NCBI RefSeq assembly: GCF_004010195.1
Contig: NC_057720.1
Location: 4,504,524-4,567,227 of the forward strand
DNA length: 62,704 nucleotides
Reading direction: 5' to 3'
Origin: Chiloscyllium plagiosum
Taxonomy: Eukaryota
A program made the translations under genes and the position numbers. Shown one piece after another: positions 50,170-61,949 of this stretch (its first letter is position 1; every line of letters begins with the position of its first letter). The notes under the pieces are model-generated. The model was given only the letters and a program-made list of their open reading frames with translations, did not search any database and had not been told where the DNA came from.

Positions 50170-51362
50170 AGCGTGGTGCTGGAAAATCACAGCAGGTCAG
50201 GCAGCATTCGAGGAGCAGGAGAATCGACATTTCAGGCATAAGCTATTCATCAGGAATGAGGCTTGTGGGACAAGGAGGCTGCGAGATAAATGGGAGGGGG
50301 GTTGGGGCTGGGGGCATGGTAGATGAGTACGATAGGGAGATAGCTGAGATTGCATTAGGGAGATGAAGATGGGGGTGAAAGTGATAGGTCAGAGAGGAGG
50401 GTGGAGCAGATAGGTGGGAATGAAGATGGACAGATAGGACCGTTCAAGAGTGCGGTTGGGTCTGGGATAAGGTGGAGGGGGAGGGGAAATGGGGAATCTG
50501 CTGAAATCCACATTGATTCCGTGTGGTTGGAGGGTCCCAAGATGGAAGATGAGGCGTTCTTCCTCCAGGTGCTGGGTGGTTAGGTTTGGCAATAGAGGAG
50601 GCCCAGGACTTCCATGTCCTTGGTGGAGTGGGAGGGGAAATTAAAGTGTTCAGTCACAGGATAGTGGGGTTGGTTAGTGCGGGTGTCCCAGAGATGTCCT
50701 CTGAAATGATCCACAAGTTGGTGTCCTGTCTCCCCAATGTAGAATAAACCACTGGTGGAACAGATACTGTAGGTGACATGTATGGAAGTACAGGTAAATT
50801 TCTGTCGGATGTGGAAGGATCCTTTGGGGCCTTGGACGGAGGTGAGGGAGGGAGGTGTGGGTGCAGGGTTTGCACTTCTTGTTGTGGCAGGGGAAGGTGC
50901 CGGGAGGGGACGGTGGGATGGTGGGAGTCGTGAACCTAACAAGGGAGTTGCAGAGGGAATGGTCTCTCCATTCCCACGCAGATGGGGTGGGGAGGGAAAT
51001 ATATTCCTGATGGTTGGGTCCGTTTGTAGGTGGTGGAAACATTGGAGGATGATGCAATGTATCCAGAGGTTGGTGGAGTAGTTGGTGAGGACCAGGGGGT
51101 TCTGTCCTTGGGCAGCTCCATCCTCCTCTCTGACCTATCACTTTCACCTCCACCTATTGCATTCTCAGCTTCCCTCCCCCTCAGCCCCACCGCCTCCCAT
51201 TTACCTCTCAGTCCCCTTGGCCCACAAGCCTCATTCCTGATGAAGGGCTTATGCCTGATATATCGATTCTCCTGCTCCTCGATGCTGCCTGAGCTGCTGT
51301 GCTTTTCCAGCGCCACACTCTTTGACTCTGATCTCCAGCATCTGCACTCCTCACTTTCTCCA
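50170..51362 (-). mobile_element. Penelope-like element (Neptune-type) 3' part with inverted terminal copy
   Basis: Minus-strand GIY-YIG (QKFTCTS...FYIGETG...FRGHL...LEEERLIFHLGTLQPHGINVDF). Family-1 terminus on - at about 50170-50270 and inverted on + at about 51115-51362; decayed hammerhead at 51237. Confidence 0.88.
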
Positions 51363-52404
51363 AGTTGTTAACCTTGATTGGCAGATGGAGCACAATGTTG
51401 GTAAATGTGAGGTCATCTATTTGGTAGAAATAACAGTAAAATGGACGATTATTTGTGTAGCTGATTTGTTATAACCAATGCAGCCACCTTGTCACATAAT
51501 AAAAGCCTGGAAACCATTTTAAATCTCATATTAGTGTCTGCTTGGGAAGGCGGTGCTCCACAGTGCTGAGCTTACACCTTTGGAATTTTCAGAACTTGCT
51601 GTTTGTCAGTCTCTCTGTTCTCCACGGACTTTCACTTGCTTGAAGGAAACACTGAGTAAAGTCTCTGACTTATCTGTTAAAAACAACAGCCCACAACAAC
51701 TCTTGAGAGGGTGCGGAAAAGATTTACAAGGATTTGCCAGGATTGAACAGTTTGAGCTGTAGGGAGAGGCTGGGGCTGTTTTCCCTGGAGCATTAGAGAC
51801 TGACAGATGACCGTATTGAGGTTTATAAAATCATGAGAAACATGGATGTGGTGAATTTCCTGGAGTGGGGACATAGCTTTAATGTGGGAGGGGAAAGATT
51901 TGAAAAGGACCCGAGGGGTAACATTTTCATGCCGAGGGTGGAGCGTGTATGGAATGAGCTGCCAGTGGAAGTGGTGGAGGCTGGTACCATTACAACAGTT
52001 AAAACACATCTGGATGAGGACATGAATAGGAAGGGTTTAGTTGGAAAACCATCATAAGAAACAAATGGTAAATAGTCATGATTAGTGATTTATTTTATTA
52101 CACTCAAATTAGCAAACAGTGAAGATTAATCTTCAATGGTCTATTCACACTCGGTACTCATGGAAGCAGAAAACATAAAGACCTGAGGACAAAATGATAA
52201 TCTAAAGCAGATCAAAATCTAAAAGAATCACCACCGAGAATTAAGGTACAGATAAAATGGACAGCATAATTGTTAAACTAAAACAGAAATGACTGAAGAG
52301 ACTCAGCAAGTCTGGCATCATCTGAATGAGGGTCTCTTGACTGAAGAAGAGTCATAGTTAAATTACCAGCAGGAAATCTACATTGTACAAATCTGTAATC
52401 TTCA

Positions 52405-53455
52405 CTGGGGATAAAAGGGTCCTTCTCAGGATGGAAGCCCCTCACTTGTGGCGGTTCACAAAGATCAGTGTTGGGACCACAAATTTTCACTTCATGTATA
52501 AATGATCTGGATGAAGGAACTGAGGGCATTCTGATTGAGTTTGCAGATGGTGCAAAGATAAGTGGATGGACAGGCAGTATTGAGGAGGCAGGGAGGCTGC
52601 AGAAGGATTTAGATAGGTGAGGGGAATGGGCAAAGAAGTAGCAGATGAGATACAATGTGGGAAAGTTGAGATCATGCACTTTGGTAGGAGGAATAGACCA
52701 TTTTCTAGATGGGGAGAAAATTCAGAAATCTGAAGTGGAAAGGGACTTGGGAGTCCTCGTCCAGGTTTCTGTTAAATTTGAGTTGAGTTGCAGGTTGAGT
52801 TGGTAGTTAGGAAGGCAAATACAATGTTGTCATTCATCTCCACAGGACTAGAATATAAAATCAGGGATGTACTTCTGAGGCTTTATAAGGCTCTGGTCAG
52901 ACCACATTTAGAGTATTGTGAGCAATTTTGGGCCCCATACCTCAGCCAAGATATATTGGCCCTGGAGCGAGTCCAGAGCAGGTTCACAAGAGTGATCCCC
53001 AGGAATGAAAAGCTTAACATATCAGGAATGTTTGAGGACTCTAGGAGTACACTCGATGGAGTTAGGAAGGATGAGGGGGGGATCTAACTGAAACATACAG
53101 AATACTGAATGGCCTGGACAGAGTGGATGTTGGGAAGATGTTTCCATGAGGAGGAGAGACCAGGACCCGAGGGTACAGCCTTAGAGTAAAGGGAGGACCT
53201 TTTAGAATGGAGATCAGGAGAAACTTCTTCAGCCAGAGAGTGAATCTGTGCAATTCATTGCCACAGAAGACTGTGGAGGCCGGGTCATCTGAGTATATTT
53301 AAAACAGAGATAGGTAAGTTCTTGATTGCCAAGGGGATCAAAGGTTACAGGGAGAAAACAGGAAAATGGGGTTGAAAAACTCATCAGCCACGATTGAATC
53401 GTGAAGGAGATGCAATGGGTCAAATGGCCTAAATTTCTGCTCCTGTGTCTTATGA
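52405..53455 (+). mobile_element. CR1 LINE 3' part (another CR1 fragment at about 51700-52045)
   Basis: LLRLYKALVRPHLEYCEQFWAPYL; CR1 3' UTR ending cctgtgtcttatg. Confidence 0.85.
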
Positions 53456-53720
53456 GTCAACATGATAATTGATACAGATTTGTTGCAAATATAAACAATT
53501 TAAGCAGGAGTCCAACGTGACCAGACCTTGCAGTACAAATCACACCAGTAGGTTTGCATCCCACAGAATAGCAGTTGCAATGATTGCAAAGAACAGCACA
53601 GCACAGGAACAGGCCCCTTTCCCAAGTCTCTGCCAGCACATGACACCTTTCCCGAATTAAGGACCTTTTACACTAGATGTGAAATTATGTTTCCTACATC
53701 TAGATTATTGTATTTCATTT

Positions 53721-53726
53721 TTTAAT
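53721..53726 (-). terminator. Candidate polyadenylation signal (ATTAAA) of CTBS-like gene B
   Basis: Forward tttaat reads ATTAAA on the minus strand, about 40 nt past the stop codon. Confidence 0.3.
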
Positions 53727-53766
53727 TGGAAAATCAAAGATTTCACATTGTGTGGAGATTAATGGT

Positions 53767-53970
53767 TCAGGTTCTCCATTTTAACCTGGTTGGGCAGAGA
53801 GCATTCCACATGTCTTCAGTTTGCATTGCTGCTGTTGGATTCGCGCTGTAGTTGAGGTTATTTCCAAACTGGACACCAATACCACCAAGTTTTAACTTCT
53901 TCACAATAGACGACTTTAGTGAAAGGCTCTGTGGGTCATCATACCACACCTCATGGTAAACATCTTTATC
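53767..53970 (-). CDS. CTBS-like gene B, terminal exon (exon 7 equivalent)
   Basis: Minus-strand acceptor tggcag|GAT. Translates DKDVYHEVWYDDPQSLSLKSSIVKKLKLGGIGVQFGNNLNYSANPTAAMQTEDMWNALCPTRLKWRT*; about 36/60 residues identical to gene A exon 7. Confidence 0.92.
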   Translation of the reverse strand, partial: DKDVYHEVWYDDPQSLSLKSSIVKKLKLGGIGVQFGNNLNYSANPTAAMQTEDMWNALCPTRLKWRT

Positions 53971-54309
53971 CTGCCAGAAGAACCAACAAGTTAGATTTAG
54001 TTCTTAGAGCAAAAACTATGAGGAGAAAGTGGGGCTGAGTTGGATGATCAGTTATGTTCACATTAAATGTGGAACAGGTTCAGAGTGTTGAATGGCTTAC
54101 TCCTTCTCCTGTTTTCTATGGTTTTGTTCCATAAGGAACCAAGCTTGGGCCAAAGCACACTTCCAGGCTCCATGTTGAATATCAGCTGCTTCTGTTTTTA
54201 AACCACATTTAACTTGCAATCATATTAAAACAAGTTCAGGTTATCTGACAAACAAAAGTATAAAAAGCTAGATTGTTCGAGACAAAATCAGAAATTTCTG
54301 TAAGGAGAC

Positions 54310-54850
54310 AATCACAGAATCCCTGCAGTGTGGAGGCAGGCTAATCAGCCCAGCAAATCCAAATTGACCCTCCGAAGAGCACCTCACCCAGACCGACTCT
54401 ATCCCTGTAACTCTGTATTCCCCATGGTTAATCCACCTAGTATCCCTGCACACTATGGGGCAACTTAACACAACCAATCCACCTGACCTGCACATCTTTG
54501 GACTGTGGGAGGAAACCGGAGCACGCGGAGGAAACCCACGCAGACACGGGGAGAATGTGCAAACTCCACACAGATGTGATGTGATGTGGAGCTGCTGGCG
54601 TTGAACTGGGTTGGACAAAGTCAGAAGTCACAAAACACCAGGTTACAGTCCGACAGGTTTATTTGAAATACAAGTTTTTGGAGCGCTGACCATTCATCAG
54701 GTGGAGAGGTGACTTCAAATAAACTTGTTGGACTATAACATGATGTCATGTGACTTCTGATTTTGTCCACACAGTTACCAAAGGGTGGAAGCTAATCTGA
54801 GTCCCTGGATCTGTGAGGCAACAGTGTTAATCACTGAGCCACCATGCCAC
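54310..54850 (-). mobile_element. V-type SINE split by a fold-back insertion
   Basis: SINE body 54310-54573 and head 54775-54850. Confidence 0.8.
54574..54765. mobile_element. Fold-back mini-element (family 4, probably Penelope-derived); 9-bp TSD
   Basis: Inverted arms tggacaaagtcagaagtcaca...tttatttgaa / ttcaaataaa...tgtgacttctgattttgtcca; TSD tccacacag at 54565-54573 and 54766-54774; decayed ctgatga core on the minus strand. Confidence 0.7.
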
Positions 54851-55379
54851 CCCAATATTTGAACAGTAGCTGAGGAATATTTGGTGCTAGACATTGTGTG
54901 AATATCCCCATTCTAACTGTATAATGGAGGGAAGGTCATTGATGAAGTGACTGGAGATGGTTGAGCCTAAGACACTGCCCTGAGGACCCCCTACGGAGAT
55001 GTGCTGGAGCTGAGATGATGTGCACGATGGTCGTTCTTTAGCTTCTTGGAGAAGCACTCTCAAGGTAATTTCCACCTTTTTTATTCCAACTTCTGGAACA
55101 TTTAACCTTTTCTGGACATTCTCACGAAATGAATAAAAGGCTTACATATCAAATGTCTTCACCAAAATTGTGGTTCTGGCTGAAATGTTCCCCTTCCTGG
55201 TGTCATGTGGACAATGGGAAAAAAATTCAGAAAGCATGGCAAGAAGGAAAAGAAAATCAGGAGCTTGATGTTGGGAAAACTCTGCAGTTTCTCTCTCAAC
55301 TTAAAAAAGCAACATCTGAATCATCATAATCTTTGGTGACTACTTTATTTCCATGTATTTGCATGGCATTAATACCTCA

Positions 55380-58300
55380 ACCATCATTCCGTTATTTCGG
55401 ACGCTTGACTGATTCAAGTGAAGATTGTCAAAAACTGGGTCCAGGATCTGGAAAGACTTCATTATTCTTTCCAACTGACGATTGGGCAGATGAAAAGCAA
55501 CGAGTGATTGTCCTGACAGCTTGTGGCCCCGCAGCCTTTTCAGTTATTAGAAGACTAACTTTCCCTGAGGCACCAGATGCTAAAACCTTTCCAGAGTTGA
55601 AGCTAAGGAATATTATGGCCCAAGCCTTCTCTAATTCTGAAACGCTATCGGTTTTACTCAGCAGTTCGAGGAGAATCTGTATCTGAATTTTTGATGAGTT
55701 TAAAATGGCTGGCAGAGATATGTAATTTTATCTTAACCCTAAGTGAGATGCTGAGTGACCCACTTGCTGTGTGGAATTAATGATGTGACCACACAAAAGC
55801 GCCTACTAGCTGAAGCCCAGATGGACTTGAAGTGATTTTGTCATGAGAAAATGGGACAAATGGTGCTTATGAGTGGCTTGGTATTCCGATGGAAGTGGAT
55901 ACCCTCACCAGTCCAATTGAGCTGGGGGAACATCACTTGCACAGTTTCGCTCAGAAAATATCCTGAATAGAGAGACTTGAGGTCAGCCTACATCTGAACC
56001 CCAAAAGAAAGCCAAGACTCAGCGAAACAGTTAAAATTCCCTTGAGGATCTGGATCGGCAAACCATTGTAGTTGCAGCCAGTATATGGACTTGAGACGGC
56101 AAAAGAGTTCCATTAGATCTAAACTGAGTAAGAGAACTCACAAGCCAGTACCCAGGAGAGTGCACGCTCTGGAAAGTCTGGTTTGGAACAGTTAAACTGT
56201 TTCACAACATCCAAATCACAACCAATCCAAATAAACGCCTGGTTAAATGGTCATCCGGTTCTAATGGAGGTCAATACTAGTTCAGCTGAATCAGTGATTG
56301 CCAAACCGGTCTTTAGCAAGATTCACTCTGGACTCCAACCCTTACATTCGGTCAGACTGAGGACCTATACCAAGGAACCTTTACAGGTTAAGGGGACAAC
56401 TTTTGTTCCAGTCTCTTATGAGAAGCAGCTGCTGCAGTTCCCACTGATTATGGCAAAAGGCTTGGGCTCAAGCCTGATGGGGTGAAATTGGTTGAGAATG
56501 ATTAACCTTTGATTGGCTCAATGTTTTTTGATTAGAAAATGGCTGCCAGAGTGAAGTCCTATTTAAATACCTGCAAGTTTTTCAGGAAGGTTTAGGGACT
56601 GTCAAAGGAGCCAAGGCCATTTTGCATTTTGACCAGGAAGCAATTCCCTGATCCTGCAAGGCCTGTCCAGTGCCATTGCATTACAGATAAAAGTCAGGGC
56701 AGAAATCTGAAGGCTGTAAAGTGAGGGAACCATCAAACCAGTCCAGTTTGCAGAATGGGCAGCACCAGACATGATTGTGAAACCTGATGGGTCGGTTCAC
56801 CTTTGTGGGGCTTGTAAACAAACTGCTTCTCACAGCTGGATAAATCCCTTGCATAGAGGATTGATACACAGAGTTGGCAGGGGGCTGTCCTCCATGAATC
56901 TGGGCATGAACCTTGCATACTTGCCACCTGGGCTAATGTCAATTTGTACAATTTTCAGTGGATGATGAAGAACATATTACAACGTATACACCGTGGATGA
57001 TGTGCTAATAATAGGGATGACCACACAAACCTTATTGAGTTCTTTGAGCAGGTGACCAAACAGGTGGATGAAGACAAAGCAGTTGATGTGGTGTATATGG
57101 ATTTCAGTAAGGTGTTTGATAAGGTTCCCCACGGTAGGCTAATGCACAAAATACGGAGGCATGGGATTGAAGGTGATTTGGCAGTTTGGATCAGAAATTA
57201 GCTAGCTGAAAGAAGACAAAGGGAGCTGGTTGATGGAAAATGTTCATCCTGGATTTCAGTTACTAGTGGTAACGCAAGGATCTGTTTTGGGGCCATTGCT
57301 GTTTGTTATTTTTATAAATGACCTGGATGAGGGCATTGAAGGATGGGTTAGTAAATTTGCAGATGACACTAAGGTCGGTGGAGTTGTGGACAGTGTCGAA
57401 GGATGTTGCAGGTTACAGAGGGACACAGATAAGCTGCAGAGCTGGGCTGAGAGGTGGCAAATGGAGTATAATGTGGAAATTGTGAGGTGATTCATTTTGG
57501 ATAGAGCAACAGGAATACGAGTACTGGCTCATGGTAAAATTCTTGGTAGTGTAGATGAGTAGAGAGATCTCAGTGTCCATGTACATATATTCCTGAAAGC
57601 TGCCACCCAGATTGATAGAGTTGTTAAGAAGGCAAGCACTGTGTTAGTTTTTATTGGTAGAGGGATTGAGGTTCAGAGCCATGACGTCATGCTGCAGCTG
57701 TACAAAACTCTGGTGTGGCTGCACTTCGAATATTGCATACAGTTCTGGTTGCCGCATTCTAGCTTTGTAAAGGGTTCAGGGGCAATTTCCTAGGACGTTG
57801 CCTGGTATGGAGGGAAGGTGTTATGGGTAAAAGCTGAGGGCCTTGAGGCTGTTTTCATTAAATAAAAGAAGGTTAAAGAGGTGACTTAATTGAGACATAT
57901 AGGATAATCAGAGGGTTAAATAGGATGGACAGTGAGAGCCTTTTTCCTCAGATGATGATGGCTAGCACGAGGGGACAGAGCTTAAAATGAGGGGTGATAG
58001 ATAAACGACAGATGTCAGAGGTAGTTTCTTTACTCAGAGAGTAGTAGGGGCGTGGAACGCCCTGCCTGCAACAGTAGGAGACTCGGCAACATTAGGGCAT
58101 TTAAATGGTCATTGGATAAACATATAGATGAAAATGGAATAGTGTAGGTTAGATGGGCTTCAGATTGGTTTCCCAGGTTGACACAATATCGAGGGCCAAA
58201 GGGGCTGTACTGCGTTGGAATGTTCCATGTTCTAATATCAGACTTTGGACACAAAAAGATTCCGTCCTTTCAAACCTGAGGCAGCTGGTGGTGATGGGAG

Positions 58301-58560
58301 AAACCAAAGGGCTGTCACAACCAGAATGTATTTTGGACCCGGAGAGACCAGATCACCGTGGAGGACGGGATATTACTGTGGGGAGCAAGAGTGATTGTCC
58401 CGAGCAAATGTCACACCCAGATACTGTCTGAACTCTCCCAGAGTTCCAGGGTTTCTAAAATGAAGATGTTGTTGAGAAGTTATGTCTGGTGGCCAGGATT
58501 GGGTGCAGACATAGCCGCATTGGGGGTGGGGGGGAGGTGGCAGTGCCCTGAATGCCAACA
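55380..58560 (+). mobile_element. Heavily degenerate Gypsy LTR retrotransposon internal region, split by CR1
   Basis: Gag-like LTACGPAAFSVIRRL; protease-like LNGHPVLMEVNTSSAESVI; RT WAAP; integrase-like EDGILLWGARVIVP...KMKMLLRSYVWWPGL. Confidence 0.75.
57025..58235 (+). mobile_element. CR1 LINE RT and 3' end
   Basis: [43 protein letters not shown]. Confidence 0.88.
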
Positions 58561-58569
58561 AAATACCAA

Positions 58570-58955
58570 CAGAGTATTGAGTACAGGAGTTGGGAGGTCA
58601 TATTGCAGCTGTACAAGACATTGGTTAGGCGACTGTTGGAATATTGCGTGCAATTCTGGTCTCCTTCCTATGGGAAAGATGTTGTGAAACTTGAAAGATA
58701 TAAAAGAGACCTAAGGGGCAACTTTTTCACACAGAGGGTGGTACGTGTATGGAATGAGCTGCCAGAGGAAGTGGTGGAGGCTGATACAATTGCAACATTT
58801 AAGAGGCATTTGGATGGGTATATGAATAGGAAGGGTTTGGAGGAATATGGGCTTGGTGCTGGGAGGTGGGACTAGGTTGGGTTGGGATATCTGGTCGGCA
58901 TGGATGGGTTGGACCGAAGGGTCTGTTTCCATGCTATACATCTTCATGACTCTAT
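58570..58955 (+). mobile_element. CR1 LINE 3' fragment with internal deletion
   Basis: LYKTLVRRLLEYCVQFWSP fused to RDLRGNFFTQRVV; gactctatga tail. Confidence 0.85.
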
Positions 58956-60091
58956 GAGGTTCTGTTCACTCTGAGAGCTGGCTCTGAGGGAGCTGGATCA
59001 GTGCCAAGGACTCTCCACGTGTAAGTAAAGGGGGACTTGGTGACAGGATACCAGCCTCTGTGGCTGGGGTCCAGAGGGTTATCGACTGGCCTGGAGGAAA
59101 GTGGGCTGGGAGGAGCCTGTCAGTATGCGGGATGGGTGGGGCCAGGCAACTGATAGCGTCCTCACAGGAAAGGCAGTGTAGGGCAGGCTGGTCAGTATAC
59201 GGGGAGGCTGGGTCAGGCAGCTGACGGCAGCCCGTAGGAAGGCTGACCGGGGGAGGACCAGTCAGTACTGGGGATGCTGGGAGCCGGACAGACGATGGCC
59301 GGTCCATAGGAACACTGGCCAGGAGAACGGGTCAGTCAGTACACGAGGAGGCCAGGTACTGGATGGCTGGTAGGCCGACTGTAGGAAAGCAGGTCAGGGC
59401 TGGTTTGGTTAGAATGCGGTGTGACCGGGAGCCAGTGGCTGATGTCCGTCCCGGAGGAAAGCAGGCATGGGCAGGGTCAGTCAGTACGCAGGACAGCTGG
59501 AGACCAGAAGGCCAACAACCAGCTCGTAGGAAAGTGGCCTGGGGTAGTCCGGTCAGTCCTTGGGGCGACTGGGAGCCTGGTGGAAAATGGGCCTGGGGAG
59601 GGTCAGTCAGTACGCAGGGTGGGAGAGACCGGAAGGCCAATGACTGTCCTACAGGAAGGCTAGCCAAGGACGGTCTGATCAATATGTGGTGCGGATGGGA
59701 GTCAGCAGTCTTTTATAGCTATATTGGGTCTGTGCTCTATGCACTGTTTCCGATTTGATTGCACTGTCTTGCCTGTGCTGGTTATTGTTATCTTTGACTG
59801 AAAATGGGACCTGACGTTTGTCCTCATCTCCCTGGAAACTGGTTGAACGGTGGGGTTTGGGGTTTGGCTTTGCTGCTCTTTGCCTTGTTTATAGTGGGTT
59901 TTTTGTGATCAGCTGCTTTCTGTTTATGTCAACTATATTTTGTATTATTTAATACATTTTTAAAAAAAGCACCAGGAGTGTCAGAGGTTCTGTTCACTCC
60001 GAGAGCTGGCTCTGAGGGAGCAGAATCAGTGCCAATGATTCTCCATGTGTAAATAAAGGGTGACTTGGTGACAGGATACCGGCCTCTGTGG
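58956..60091 (+). repeat. 108-bp direct repeat pair (58956-59063, 59984-60091), LTR-end-like
   Basis: gaggttctgttcactc...ggatacc.gcctctgtgg occurs twice; the second copy has AATAAA and runs on to ...ttatttCA (60101). Confidence 0.85.
59065..59690. repeat. G-rich degenerate minisatellite, about 70-bp unit, roughly 9 copies
   Basis: Recurring ggtcagtcagtac...ggaaag motifs at about 59080, 59191, 59261, 59331, 59477, 59552, 59602 and 59672. Confidence 0.75.
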
Positions 60092-60119
60092 AATTATTTC
60101 AGTCTCCATTATAGTGTGC

Positions 60120-60240
60120 AAGAGAATGGGTAGCCCTTCTCCCCACCAGCTCATCCAGCAAGACCTCCAGGTCCCTGTCGACAAGGGGGGGAGCAGACAT
60201 CTACTGCCTCTCTGGGTCACATTCTCACAGTGCCACCTGC
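60120..60240 (-). pseudogene. N-terminal Myb/SANT (Harbinger-type) fragment
   Basis: Minus-strand APPLVDRDLEVLLDELVGRR resembles the first helix of NAIF1/MSANTD-type domains. Confidence 0.4.
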
Positions 60241-61009
60241 ATGGGCAGCAGTCCCTGGTTCACAGCATCTCATTGACATGTAGCTGGGCTTTAAACTAGT
60301 TTGGCATTAGTTGTGCGAAGCACCTTCAACTCTCTTGCCTAGCAAATCCCCACGAAAGATGCCAAAGAATGTGCCTGCATAACTAATGAAGTGTTGAACT
60401 GAATGTCACATGGGAAAGGTCACTCTGAGCCCTGGTGGACTGGGCACCATCAATCTGACTCAACAAAACCCATGAACATTCCACCCTATAGGCAGTGACT
60501 GCTTACCCTGATTGGCAAGTTGGCATAATTACATCCTCTTTAAAACCTTGCATTTATATAGCAACCTGGAGCACATTGCAAAGCACCATACCTTGCTGTT
60601 AAAATGTAGAAAACAAGATACCAAATTGCTTGTAACAACGATCAGACAATCTTTCAGAGATGCTTTTTGAGAAGTAAGTATGGCTCAGGATATCAGGGGA
60701 AAGAGACTGGCTGCTCTGCAGAGTAATGCTGAGGGATGTTTCATGTTCACCCACAAAGGCAAGTAGAATCTCATTTTAACCTTTCTGCAAAACAGTACAT
60801 CTGGCTGAGTCTGCAACTGGTCACACAACAAATATTTGGCCAATGCCCTGCTTCTGCAGCTTGCTCCCACTTCCTTGTCAATTCTCCATATTGACATTTT
60901 TTTTGTTGCACAAACTGGATCTTCTGAATTTTGCTAAACTCTGTACACAACAAATACTGAATCATGAAACACTGCAATGTTCTCACTTGACAAGGCATGT
61001 TGTAGTGCA

Positions 61010-61690
61010 CAGAGGGTGGAGAGCGTCAAGTTCCCAGGATTGACACTAACTGACAACCTGTCCTGGACTTCCCATGTAGATGTGACGGTCAAGAAGGCAC
61101 AATGCCTACTTCTTCCCTGGGCAGCTCAGGAAAATTGGTATGTCCATCAGGACCCTCACCAGCGTTTACAGATGCACCATAGAAAGCATAGCGTCTGGGT
61201 GCATAACAGCCTGGCATGGCGAGTGCTCTGCCCAGGACTGTAAGATATTATAGAAGGTGGTGTGCACAGCCCAGATCAACATGGGAGCCAACCTTCAATT
61301 CACGGTCTCCATTTACATGGCTCATTGCCACGGAAAGGCTGCTAACATCATCAAAGTCCCCTCCCACCCTGATAATGCTCTCTTACAACTTCTTCCATCA
61401 CACAGAAGATACAGAAGATTGAACACATGCACCAGCATGTTCAGGAACAGCTTCTTCCTGGATGTTATGAGATTGATGAATGGATTCCTAAGCTAAAATA
61501 ATGCTGATCTTGCTAACCCTAATCTCATCGAGGGGACACCCTGAGCAACGTAATGTGTATGCCTCTGGCCAAGATTTTCATTCACCCTATGCTCAGTATG
61601 TCCTTGTTTATTACGATCTGCCTGTACTGCTGTAAGCAAAGCTCTTCACTGTACTCAGGTACACATGACAATAAATCAATCAATAAATTA
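61010..61690 (+). mobile_element. Degenerate Rex1/Babar 3' fragment
   Basis: RVESVKFPGLTLTDNLSWTSHV, KAANIIKVPSHP, FRNSFF; caataaatcaatcaat tail about 30 bp from the gene B splice donor. Confidence 0.8.
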
Positions 61691-61721
61691 ATCTCCACTG
61701 TGTTTTGTCTAATAGTCTTAC

Positions 61722-61883
61722 CATGTACACAAAATATGGAGATTTGTAGTTATCATCCCAATATCTTCCAGTGAATGACCTGGGTATCAACTGCATGATA
61801 TCTTTATAGGCAATCCTCTTTGCAATTTGGGAACTGCATGGAGCACCATTAAAAACATACTTTGACAATTTGCATCTTCCAGG
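61722..61883 (-). CDS. CTBS-like gene B, penultimate exon (exon 6 equivalent)
   Basis: Minus-strand acceptor ttacag|CCT, donor ATG|gtaaga. Translates PGRCKLSKYVFNGAPCSSQIAKRIAYKDIMQLIPRSFTGRYWDDNYKSPYFVYM; 28/54 residues identical to gene A exon 6. Confidence 0.92.
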
Positions 61884-61949
61884 CTGTAAAATACAAAAGG
61901 AATGAGATGGATTTTAAAGAGGCTTGTAAATAGAGGTTGATTTAGAGCT

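Larger units (their letters stand above)
53767..61883 (-). other. CTBS-like gene B (diverged paralog), span of last two coding exons; upstream exons lie beyond the window end
   Basis: Two minus-strand exons homologous to exons 6 and 7 of gene A, with the same 162-bp exon 6, a phase-0 intron of 7.75 kb and an open frame. Confidence 0.9.

Noticed and set aside
59065..59690. Regularly spaced repeats resembling a CRISPR array, and the 113-131 aa ORFs over them
   Set aside because: Vertebrate context, whole units are mutually similar (no unique spacers), no cas genes; the ORFs reflect GC-rich low complexity.
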